Source: Hydrolagus colliei (taxonomy: Eukaryota). From it: a DNA stretch of 64,000 nt. The notes beneath the pieces are model-generated. The model was not told the DNA's origin and ran no database searches. It saw only the letters and a program-made list of their open reading frames with translations. The stretch spans positions 122,698,001 through 122,762,000 of the forward strand of contig CM068743.1 of assembly GCA_035084275.1 (NCBI GenBank), read 5' to 3'. Within the stretch, counting starts at the first letter, position 1, and every line of letters starts with the position of its first letter. Below are positions 24,533-35,352 of the stretch, in pieces. The translations under genes were made by a program, and so were the position numbers.

Positions 24533-27011
24533 TTATCTGAGTACAGTATTTTTCTCTATAATGTTCTACAGCTTTTGATAGCAGTGTGGTCTTCCTCTGC
24601 ATCTGTGGTAATGAGAGGAAAGCATTTGAGGGAGTAGGATGTCTGAGGAGGATAGCCTAGAACAGTATATAGTGAACAGCAATGCTGAAACAGTTTTCTC
24701 AAACTGCTCTATAAACTTGAAAAGAATCAAGTAATTATTCAGGTGCTATTTCCTAGCATGTAAAGTGGCTTTGTGCACATTTTGTGCAAACCCAGGGGAG
24801 GATCCCATTCTACTTAGGTCATCTTGACCTAAACTGAATGGGATCTTAATGCCCTTGGAAGTTTACAAGGACTGTAGTCTTTCCATTGCTGGAACTTTAA
24901 AAGGGCTGGAGCACAATTTGAATAGGTGCAGTCTACTGAATAGTTACTCTGTTTCTATTCATCTCCATAATAAATCAGAGTTATCAACTAATCAGAATAT
25001 TCAGTTCTGGATTGAAAGAAACACCACATTAATGGCTGAAGTAGCCCCACGTTGACAGTACTAGGGCACTATCCAGTCCTCCTTGTAACATGGATAAATC
25101 AATAATAATATATCAATAATAATGTAATAATAAACTTGCATTTGATATAGCGCTTTTCACGGCTTGTAAACATAGACTCTCAAAGCGTTTCACAGAATAT
25201 ACTGTAAAGTGGATTGAAAAGACCAAATTTTGATTTTTTTAAATTATTATTAGAGGCATACGAGGCATAAAATAATCTTTCATAGGAAATGAGTGCTCCT
25301 TACACAACTCTGTCACAAAGTACTCATCTAGGGTATTATGTCATTGTGATATATGACATTTCCCACACGGTGTGATAGATACCATGACTGGAACTACTTT
25401 TCCTGTAACCACAAGCATTAATCTGCTATACTCAGGCACTTTATGGTACTTGTGCCATGCTGATGAACTGTGGGAACAGCTTTCATTCAGCGGAAACAGC
25501 ATTATCCGCCAATGCACTCATCAACTCAGATACATCTTAATGCTGTTTAGAGTCGGAGTTCAATATTCCTACTTACAACATCACTCGTGTAAGAACTCGA
25601 ATTTGGAGCCCAAACAAGCCCTAATAAGGGGAATACCTCATCCCAAATCTACACATGCACCTCCAGCAAAGTGAGCAACTCCTTCTGAATTTCTTCCTAA
25701 CCTACAGAGGGTATTCAAAAGTCCTGTTACCCCATGTATTTTTCTACAGTTCACTGACCAACAAATGAAACACGTGGGAGAATGTTAGCAATTGTAATTA
25801 AATGTTTAACCAGAGGATCGGTGTGTGTGAGCGCCATCATTTTCATGTCAGATAATGATCTGTCGCCATGTTTGGCGTAATACAACAACTTCAACAACTT
25901 CGATTTATATAGCGCCCTCCACGCCAGACGGCGTCTCAGAGCGCTTCAAGTAATACCTTCTGTAATATGGATTGACTGACGAGGAAATTACTGGTGTCAG
26001 ATTTGTTGCACTCGACTCATCTTCAACAGAAAATAAAAATTGATTTAAGAAAAAATAGGGGTTAATAGAATGTGTCGAACCTCCTGAAAAACACTGAGGT
26101 CAATTGTATCATCCTTAGGGCATCCCTGATTGAGACCTGCAAGCTGAGCACAAACTAGGCATTTAATAGTTTTGAGGGATGTAAAGCTCAGTTGCTCATA
26201 TGGATAAACTTGCGAGGAGCAACAAGCAACTCCTAGCTAGAAATTCGATGCTTTGCTCTATCAAGCAAATCATACAAAAACATTAAGTATTTTGTAAAAA
26301 CACATACCAGATGCTGTAGGGTTTTGTTTGGTGCTAAATTCTGAAATGTTACCAGAGTTCAATCCAGATCCACCCCCTTAATTTCACCTGGGGTTTCACC
26401 TGTGGGATTTCACAGCTCATTTAAAGGTCCGTGCATTTTGCCAGCATTTCCCTCACGCTCCAGTAACCTATGAATATGGCAAGCAGGAACAGCCGTACAG
26501 TACCAAACTCTTCAATGGAGAACAGGAGTATTGAGGGCAAAGATTCAGCATTACAAAATGCTTTGGGGAATGGATGTGCAGGCATTTTTGTATCTGCAGA
26601 ATAATATATGCACTTGTGATTTCAAGGTACCACCATCATCAGGTCCCTGGGGTGTAAAAGTGGAGAACTGGGCTTTGTTTTGTGCTTATACTTACCTGAT
26701 TTTTCTTTGTTTGTGTTATAAAAAGACATGGAGAAAATCTGGGTAAAATATCAATAATTTATTCAAAATAAATGTGATAATCCATCTTTTCATATGAATT
26801 TATTTTAAAATTCTGGCTACCCGCATTTTAATTTAATAATGCGCTCGTCTTGCTCAGCTGGTGAGAATATTGAGTCAGAAGGTTTTCAGTTCAAATCTTA
26901 CATTGGGTCTTTGAACCCACAACAGTTAGGCTGACACAACAATGCAGTGCTTGCTATATGCCACAGAAAGAGCAGCATTTTCAATCCTAATGCCCTGCTC
27001 TATATCCAACA

Positions 27012-27300
27012 GGAACAACAAAATCACATTTGTATAGTGCCTTTCATGTCGGGAGGATGTTCCAATCTACTCGACGGACAGTATTTCTGACCTGAGCTCG
27101 GAGTAGGGATAGGGGAAGGTGGAGGGACTTGAGGTGGGTTTTGAAGGAGGCAAGTGAGGGGGTGAGGTGGAGGGACTGTGGGATGGCTATCTGGGGAGTG
27201 GGGCAGTGTGGCTGAAGGCCCGCCAGTCAATGACAACAACAATAAAATAACATTTGTAGAGCGCCTTTCACGTCGAGAGGATTGTCCCAAATTGCTGGCA
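27012..27300 (-). mobile_element. Two adjacent L2 3' ends
   Basis: Two (caa)n plus stem-loop tails, at 27012 and 27234. Confidence 0.75.
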
Positions 27301-27334
27301 GGATATCAATGTCCTGGAGTCAAGGAAGAAGGCA

Positions 27335-27782
27335 GAAAGAAACAAAAACACAAAATACTACAGATGCTGGAAATCTGAAACAAAAACAAAAGTCGCTGGG
27401 AACACTCAGCAGGTCAGGCAGCATCTATGGAGAAAGGAAAAGTGAGTCAATGTTTCGGGTCCACAACCCTTCATCAGAACTGGGGCATGTTGGGAGGGAG
27501 AGGCTTTTAAAGATAAACAGTGGAGGCAGGGCAAGGAAGACATAGGAAAAAATGGGGTAGCGGTCAGCAGATGATGGGTTAAAGACGTGGTTAATGTTGT
27601 GGAACAAAAGGGGAAATTGCAGCAAAACTGGAGAAAAGAGGTGGTAATAACATTAAAACAAAGGGGGAGTGAAATTGCCAAACAACAGGCAAATCAGATG
27701 GTTGCAGAAAAGCGGGAGGGTGAGTTGTTATGGCCTGAAATCATTGAAATCAATATTAAGGCGAGAGGGCTGTAAGGTCCCA
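27335..27782 (-). mobile_element. Penelope-like element 3' end (ORF terminus and pseudo-LTR)
   Basis: Minus strand reads TLQPSRLNIDFNDFRP* (stop at 27728-27730), like the C-terminus after the Penelope GIY-YIG domain; then hammerhead motif and terminal cagatgctggaaatctg segment. Confidence 0.8.
27445..27481 (-). ncRNA. Minimal type I hammerhead ribozyme, probably decayed
   Basis: AGUU-CUGAUGA-A-GGGU-UGUGG-ACCC-GAAAC-AUU-GACU: core boxes present, stem II GGGU/ACCC, stem I AGUU/GACU; stem III AACAUU instead of palindromic AACGUU. Confidence 0.7.
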
Positions 27783-28009
27783 TCAGATGGATAAGGCAGA
27801 GAGATACAGTTGGGTGTCATCTGCATTCATGTGGAAGTTGCCGCCATGTCTGCGGAAGATGTTACCATAGAGATGTTAACGGGGAGGGGACCTATGATAG
27901 AGCTGCGAGTAGCACAGCAGAAGACGTCCTGTACCCTTCCCGTAAAAATCTGTAATTATTGTATACCCATCTACTTCCCTTTTGAAAACCACAATGGATC
28001 TCCGCCTCT

Positions 28010-29945
28010 ACAACAAAAACAACAACTTCGATTTATGTAGCGCCCTCCATGCCGGACAGCGTCTCAGAGCGCTTCACAGTAGCGGATCCCAGGACCAAGC
28101 CAGCGGCAGGGGCAGGAAGGTGACCAAAAGCTTGGTCGAAGAGAAAGGTCTTCAACAACAACTTAAACTTATAAAGCACCTTTCACGTCGGGAGGACGTC
28201 CCAAGGCGCTGCACAGGAGGCATGTGACCCGAGCTGGGAGGGGAGTGTTTGGGAAGGGGTGAAACACGTAGGGGAGGTCGAAAAATTCAGGGGGGGGAAC
28301 AAAAGGCACGGTCGAAGAGGAAAGTCTTCAAACCGGCCTTGAAAGAGGAAAGGGAGGAAACTAGGCGGAGGGATTGAGGGATGGAATTCCATAGGATGGG
28401 AGCGGAGAAACTGAAGGACCGGCCTCCGATGGTGGGGCTGTTCGAGTGGGGGGCTTGGAGCAGGCTAACTCCTGCTGAACGGAGGGTCCAGGTAGGCTTA
28501 TAGGGGGAGAGTAAATCGGTTAAATAGGGCGGGGCAAAGCCGTATAAGGCCTTGAAGGTGAGGACGAGGATCTTGAACTCGATCCTCTGGAGGATGGGGA
28601 GCCAGTGGAGATGGGCGAGGGTGGGGGTTATGTGGTCGCGGAGGCGGGTGCGGGATAGTACACGGGCTGCAGAGTTTTGGATGACCTGCAGCCTGTGAAT
28701 GGAGGAGCTGGGGAAGCCGACGAGGAGAGAGTTTCCTTGGTCCAGCCGTGAGGTGATGTATGCGTGCACGAGTGTTTCGGCAGCATGGGGGGTGAGATAG
28801 TTGCGGAGCCTGGCAATGTTGCGCAGGTGGAAATAAGTGGTGCCGGTCAAGGCACGGATGTGGGGGAGGAAGGAGAGTTTATGGTCGAACGTGATGCCGA
28901 GGTTCCTGACTGGCTTTGTGAGGTGGAGAGTACAGCCTTGGATGTTGAGGCTGGCAGCGCCCGATGTGCGGAGGCGCTGGCTTGAGCCAATCAGAAGGCT
29001 CAACTGTGACCTGAAACTGGGAAGAGAGGGGGCGAGGCGAAGCGAGTGAGGAAGGGAGTTCCAGAGCCTCGGGGCGTAGTGGCTAAAGGCACGACCGCCG
29101 AGGGTGGAGTGGAGGACTCGGGGAACATGGAGGAGGCCAGACCCAGAGGAGCGAAGGCAGCGGGTGCTGGGTTGGGGGGAGAGGAGATCAGAGAGATAGG
29201 GGGGTGCAGAGGAGTGGAGGGATTTGAAAACAAGGGTGAGGATCTTGAAGTCGATCCTCTCTGGGATAGGGAGCCAATGAAGTCTGGTGAGGACTGGAGT
29301 AATGGCGGAGCGAAGCTCAGAGCGGGTGAGTATGCGGGCGGCAGAGTTTTGGATAAGATGGATTTTGTGGATTGTGGTGGAGGGGAGACCGTCGAGGAGG
29401 CCATTGCAATAGTCCAGCCGAGAGGTGACAGAGGCGTGGACCAAGGTTTTGGCGGCTTTTAAGGTGAGGTATTGTCGGAAATGGGCAATCCGTCGGAGGT
29501 GGTAGAAGGCAGTGCTGGTGATGGACCGGATGTGGGGGAGGAAGGACAGTTGGCGTTCGAACCTGATGCCAAGGTTGTGCACAGGTTGGGAGAGTTTTAG
29601 GGGCAGGCCGGGAAGGTGGACGAGGTGAGAGCCGTGCGAATGGAGACGTTGACGAGAGCCAAGGAGTATGGCCTCCGTCTTGTCAACATTCAGCTGCAAG
29701 AAATTTGTGCTCATCCAGCCCCTGATGTCCGAAAGGCAGGCTGATAGAACATCGGGGGACTGGGGGTCACAAAGTGAAGTGGAGAGATAGAGTTGGGTGT
29801 CATCCGGGTACATGTGGAAGTGTGCCCCATGTCTGCGCATCACATCCCCAAGAGGAAGCGTGTAGATGAGGAAAAGGAGGGGGTCAAGGATGGATCCCTG
29901 GTGTATCCCGCAGGTAACTGGGTGAGTGCGGGAGGAAAAACCATT
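28010..29945 (-). mobile_element. L2 family B with RT core, interrupted by an L2-A copy
   Basis: GYTRDPSLTP (frameshifted GVPQGS) near 29900 and HMYPDDTQLY; tail at 28010-28152; continuity with the 45181 copy across the insert. Confidence 0.92.
28153..29000 (-). mobile_element. Young L2 family A nested in L2-B
   Basis: Near-identical to 7885-8708; tcaac duplicated at both junctions. Confidence 0.92.
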
Positions 29946-30245
29946 TTACTTGGCAGGGCATTCCACATTTCAACAACTCTCTGAGTGAGGAAATGTCTTC
30001 AAAGATCACCTTTCACTCTTCTCGTGGCATTCTTAAATCTATGTATTCTAGTCATTAAATGTCCGACCAGTGAAAATAGTTTCTCCCTATTTAGATTGCC
30101 AAAACTCTTCATAATTTTGTCTATCGCCTTAGGACGTCCTCCCGATGCGAAAGGCGCAATACACGTGTAATTTTGTTGTTTTGTTGTTGTTTTTGTTGTA
30201 TCACCATCAGGTCCCCTCTCAACTTTTTCTGCTCTATTGAAAATA
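29946..30245 (-). mobile_element. Old CR1 fragment carrying a solo L2 tail (30125-30200, + strand)
   Basis: ggcagggcattccacatttcaacaactctctgagtgaggaaat, a typical CR1 minus-strand 3' ORF segment. Confidence 0.6.
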
Positions 30246-30885
30246 ATAGCAATAACAAAATTACATTTGTTTAGCGCCTTTCACGTCAGGAGGATGACCC
30301 AGGCCGCTGGACAGTCAGTGTTTTAGACCTGAGCTGGGGTCGGGATTGAGAAGGGTGAAGGGAAAGGAGGGGAGGGAAGGTGATTGATGGGAACATCGAA
30401 GAAGAACAATAACAACAAAATTACATTTATAAAGCGCCTTTCACATCGAGAGGACATCCCGAGGTGCTTCGGAGGGGCAGGTGGGGGGGTCTTTAGGTGG
30501 AACTTGAAGGAGGCTCGGGGGAGTGCGAGGCGGAAGGATGGAATTCCAGACATTGGGGGCAGAGTGGTTGAAGACTCGCCCTCCGATGGTGGGGAGGCTG
30601 GGTCGGGGACATGGAGCAGGGTAGAGCCCAGTGAGCAGAAAGAATGGGCAGATTGATAGGGTTTAGAAGGTTCGAGAGGTAGGGTGGGCCAAGGCCATGG
30701 AGGACGTTAAAGGTGAGGACCAGGATTTTCAATTGAATCCCCTGGGTGATGGGGAGCCAATGGAGTTGGGCGAGAATGGGGGAGATGGGGTCACGGAGGT
30801 TGGTGCAGTAGAGGACATGGGCTGCAGAGTTCTGGATTATCTGCAGCCTATGGAGGGAGGTGTTGGGAAGGCCAACAAGCAGATC
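30245..30885 (-). mobile_element. Two L2 3' fragments in tandem
   Basis: Tails at 30250 and 30405; LHRLQIIQNSAAHVL..LHWLPI. Confidence 0.82.
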
Positions 30886-31016
30886 ACTTTTCCAGGGTAA
30901 TAACATTTTTTTAAAAATTGGTCATTCATTCCACAACTGTTTTGTGGGATACTGCTGTGCACAATTGACTGCTGCATTTCACCTACAAAATGTACAGTCA
31001 GTTCACTTATTGTATA

Positions 31017-32336
31017 CAGTAAAAGCCCATTTATCCATGACTCGATCAACTGGAACTTCCGTAAACCAGTACATCAAAAAAATGTCCCCATCCGATTAAC
31101 TGGATGTTATCAGGCACAATCGCAGTGACGCACTTAGTGAATCAATTGTCACACGAGAGTACTATACAGGTATTTCGGCTTGACGCTTGTAGAGCCTTAA
31201 AGTCATGCTGACGTTTTTTTCCCTCGCTTGGCGTCCGCCATTGCAGAAGTTATCGATAGTCTGTACACCTCTACCCCCAGCATCATGGCTTCAAACCAGG
31301 CATCTACCAGCAAAACAACAACAACAACAAATTACATTTATAGAGCGCCTTTCAGGTCTGGAGGATGTCCCAAGGCGCTGCACAGGAGGTGTGTGACCCG
31401 AGCTGGGAGGGGAATGTTTGGGAAGGGGTGAAACACGAAGGGGAGGTAAAAGAGTTTGGGGTGGAACAGAAGGCACGATCGAAGAGGAAAGTCTTCAAAC
31501 CGGCGTTGAAAGAGGAAAGGGAAGAGACGAAACGGAGGGATTGAGGGATTGTATTCCAAAGGGTGGGAGCGGAGAAACTGAAAGCCCGGCCTCCGATGGT
31601 GGGGCGGTTCGGGCGGGGGGCTTGGAGCAGGCCAAGTCCTGATGAACGGAGGGTCCGGGTGGGCGTGTAGGGGGAGAGTAGATCGGTTAAGTAGGGTGGG
31701 GCAAGGCCGTGTAAGGCCTTGTAGGTGAGGACGAGGATATTGAACTCGATCCTCTGGAGGATGGGGAGCCAGTGGAGATGGGCGAGGGTGGGGGTTATGT
31801 GGTCGCGGAGGCGGGTGCGGGATAGTACACGGGCTGCAGAGTTTTGGATGGCCTGCAGCCTGTGAATGGAGGAACTGGGGAGGCCGACGAGAAGAGAATT
31901 TCCGTAGTCCAGCCGTGAGGTGATGTATGCATGCACGAGTGTTTCGGCAGCGCGGGGGGTAAGATACTTGCGGAGCCTGGCAATATTGCGCAGGTGGAAA
32001 TAAGCGGTGCCGGTCAAGGCGCGGATGTGGGGGAGGAAGGAAAGTTTTTGATCGAACATGATGCCGAGGTTCCTGATTGGCTTTGTGAGGTGGAGAGTGC
32101 AGCCTTGGATGTTGAGGCTGGCAGCGCCCGATGTGCTTTTTAGGTGTAATTGTTAGGTGAATAACAAAGGTCTGTTATTATCTGTTATTATTTAGTCATT
32201 ATTAATATGGTATGTGTTAAAATAAGTTAATTTTTTTGTGTTGGGTTTTTGGTGTTGGATCCGACCAAATATCCGGCATGCTGTTTAACCGGCATTGGCC
32301 AGGTCCCGTTGGTACTGGATAAATGGGCTTTTACTG
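31017..32336. mobile_element. TcMar (Tigger/pogo-type) MITE containing an L2 insertion
   Basis: Perfect TIRs CAGTAAAAGCCCATTTATCC / GGATAAATGGGCTTTTACTG; TA on both flanks. Confidence 0.9.
31313..32136 (-). mobile_element. Young L2 family A with open ORF2 remnant
   Basis: 235-aa ORF 31352-32059 nearly identical to 7885-8664; (caa)n tail. Confidence 0.95.
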
Positions 32337-32527
32337 TACTATGTAAAGCAGTACTAGACGCCTCAAAGACACAATAAGGCGCTATATCAAATGCAAGTAT
32401 TATTATTGTAATAAAGACATCTTCTCTGCAACACCCAAAACTTAATATCTTTCTTGAAGTGAGGTGTCCAAAACTGAACTCAGTACTGCAGTTGCAGTTT
32501 ATGAATGATTTGTACAAACTTTGCTTT

Positions 32528-32830
32528 AATAATAATAATTCTTCCATTTGATATAGTGGATTTCTAGACATCTCAAAGCGCTTCACGGAATATACTTTAA
32601 AGTGAATTGACCGTATAGTTATGGGTGAAACTCAGCAGCCAATTGCACACAGCAATGTCCCACAAACAGCCGTGCATTGAAATGACCAATTATTTTATTT
32701 TTTTCCAAGGGATTATTATCATGTGTGTGTGTGTAGTAAGGAAATTTGCCCAATGTTTTGTTCTGACCTGACCTGCTGGGAATCAAACCCAGGTCTCTTG
32801 CTTGCGAGGCAAGGGCTCTAGAGCTACAGA
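32528..32830 (-). mobile_element. tRNA/Deu SINE
   Basis: Tail, Deu core and partial head. Confidence 0.85.
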
Positions 32831-33439
32831 GCTTTGTGATAAGAATGGCAGTTAAAGAAAGGTTAAGATTAACGTGGATCTAACAATAGAAGTAATGTCT
32901 GTTAGATCAGGGCAACGACAACAACATTACATTTTGTAGAGCAACTTTCATGTTGTGAGGATGGCTGAAGGCACAGTCGAAGAGGAGATATAAACAGAGA
33001 TGGATTCAAAAAGAGAATCAGAAGAAAGAATTGGGAAGAGGAAATAAAGGAATTGAAACTTGGAGTCGCAAACCATATTCCAGCTACTTAACTAGGAAGA
33101 TCAAAACTACGATTTAAATAACAGTCAACATCAAAATAATAACGGGGTATTTTTGGGTGATCAAACTGGGAACTGTGCAATAATACTTCAATACCTTTTG
33201 ATGGACATTAAAAAGGACACATTAACTTGTTCATTCCACCTCCATCTCTTCTGCAGCATTTTGTTTGATCAACTTAAATCATAGTGAACTGTACGTGGAT
33301 ACGTAAGCATTATTGTGATGCATACTTTTAATATTTATAGCCATTATTCATCTGAATTAATAAACCATGATTAATTGTACAACATTTGTGTCAGTCGTTA
33401 CTTCATCGCAGGTCACAAATTTAATTAACCCTCACAATT

Positions 33440-33872
33440 GTGGAGTACTGCAGCTCAGTGGTTAGAGCATTCACCTTAAAAGCGAGAGACCTGGGTTCAA
33501 TTCCAAGCAGTGTGAAACCTTGGGCAGGTTTCTTTACTCCACACACCTAACAATAATCCCTCAAAGAAAAGAATAATAAATTGGTCATTCCAATCTATGA
33601 CTGTTAGGACATCCACCCAACATGAAAGGTGCTTAAAATGCAATTTTGTTATTTTGTTGTTGTTTGTGGGACACTGCTGTGTGCAATTGGCTGCCGTGTT
33701 TCGCTCACAAATATACAGTGAATTCACTTTACAGCATAGGCTGTGAAGCGCTTTGAGACATCTAGAAGACGTGAAAAGCACTATATCAAATCCAAGGATT
33801 ATTAACAACAACAACAACAACAACTTCAATATATATAACGCTCTCCACGCCCAACGGCATCTCAGAACGCTT
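33440..33872 (+). mobile_element. tRNA/Deu SINE with two solo L2 tails inserted (33603-33662 + strand; 33803-33872 - strand)
   Basis: Head gtggagtactgcagctcagtggttagagca and B box ggttcaattcc; the inserts match the L2-A and L2-B tails. Confidence 0.85.
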
Positions 33873-34189
33873 ATTATTATTATTATACAGTTGGGTAGGT
33901 GACCTTTCACATATTGTCTTTTGCAAGATGGTTCCTTCGTGAAAAAAAAAGCAAACTAGCTCTCTCTCATATTAAAACATCTGCAGACCATTTGTGCATG
34001 AGAAAATGACTGATAAGGAATGAAAACATTTTGTTGTTTATCAACAGTATTTTATTTCCCATCCTTAAGAAAGCATCTTTTGTGAAGCCAGTCACAACCA
34101 GCTCCCATCATATCTTATGAAATTGATTATGTCTCAAAAATATAAATATTGCAAATATAATTTGAGATATTATTTAACAAATTAATTAC

Positions 34190-34725
34190 GGAATCCTATA
34201 GCTTAACCTTTGTATTCTTTGACACCATGTATAACACCCAGAACACCATTATTATTTTTTTGCAGCCTTGTCCACTTATGCTGTCACTTTGAAGGACATA
34301 TGTATCTGCACTCTCAAATCCCGTTGCTTCTCTGCTTCAAGCAAGATATTACCATTTCACATATGTTCCTTTCCCTTTCTGTCCTTTCTGCTAAAATAAA
34401 TCACCACATTTTGCTTCATTAACTTTATCTACCACTGTTCAGCCAATTGTTCTGAATGATTTAAGTCCTCCTCCAGTCTTTGCCATTCTTCGCACTCTTC
34501 ACAATACCTCCTAGATTGGTATTATCTGCAGATTTTATTACTGTACTCCTTACATCTGAGTCAAGGACAAATCATACAAACTGAAAAATGGAGTGCACCT
34601 AGCACAGACTCTTACGGTACACCACTGATTACTTTCCATCATCCAGAACAATATAAGTTTATCCACCATTCTGTGCTTCTAAACCTTCAACCATCATTCC
34701 ATCCAAAGTAACATATGTCCCATAT
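34190..34725 (-). mobile_element. Old CR1 RT remnant
   Basis: Minus strand SGVP*ESVLG near 34600-34630 and an ADNT motif near 34525. Confidence 0.7.
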
Positions 34726-34734
34726 TCCATGTGT

Positions 34735-35115
34735 CAGCCTGATACTATAGTACCACTCTCACCTCTGAGTTAGAAGGTTATGAGTTCAAGCCCCACATCA
34801 GGGCCTTGGAATCACATAGTCTAAAATGACACTCCAACGCAAGTGCTGGGAATATTCTGCTTTGTCAGGAAGGGTTAGGTTGCGGGAGGTGAGATGTTAA
34901 ACCAAGGTCCCATCAGTGTGTTCAGGTGCATGTTAAAAATCCCATTGCACTTTTCAAAAAGAGAAGGGAGTTTCTCTTGCTGGCTAACAATATCCCTAAT
35001 GAAATTGGCCTCTCACTCTCTGGCTGTTTGTGGGATATTGCTGTGCACAACTGGCTGCTGTGTTTCATCTACAAAGTATACTTCACATTGTATCTTGTGA
35101 AGTATTTTGAGACAT
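34735..35115 (+). mobile_element. SacSINE1-like DeuSINE
   Basis: ctctcacctctgagttagaaggttatgagttcaagcccca head; gagatgttaaaccaaggtccc; Deu core. Confidence 0.75.
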
Positions 35116-35269
35116 CCCTTCCCCCCACCACCCCGGCCCCACTTTAGGTCTGAAACGGTGATTGTCCAGCACCTTTTTCCTGATGTAAAAGGCGCTATGC
35201 AAGTGTCATTTTGTTGTTGTTGTTGATAGGGTACTGTATCAAATGCAAGAATTATTAATATTATTATTC

Positions 35270-35352
35270 TTGACATGGCATGTGCCTTGAGCTGCTCCAC
35301 GAATCTTCCATGTGGCACCTTATCAAACGCCTTCTGAAAATCAAAATACATA
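35270..35352 (-). mobile_element. CR1 RT fragment
   Basis: YFDFQKAFDKVPHGR (RT DFxKAFD motif). Confidence 0.8.

Larger units (their letters stand above)
30878..32410 (+). mobile_element. Deu SINE split by a TcMar MITE
   Basis: SINE body 30878-31014; tail resumes at 32337-32410 (aaggcgctatatcaaatgcaag-tattattatt). Confidence 0.75.
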
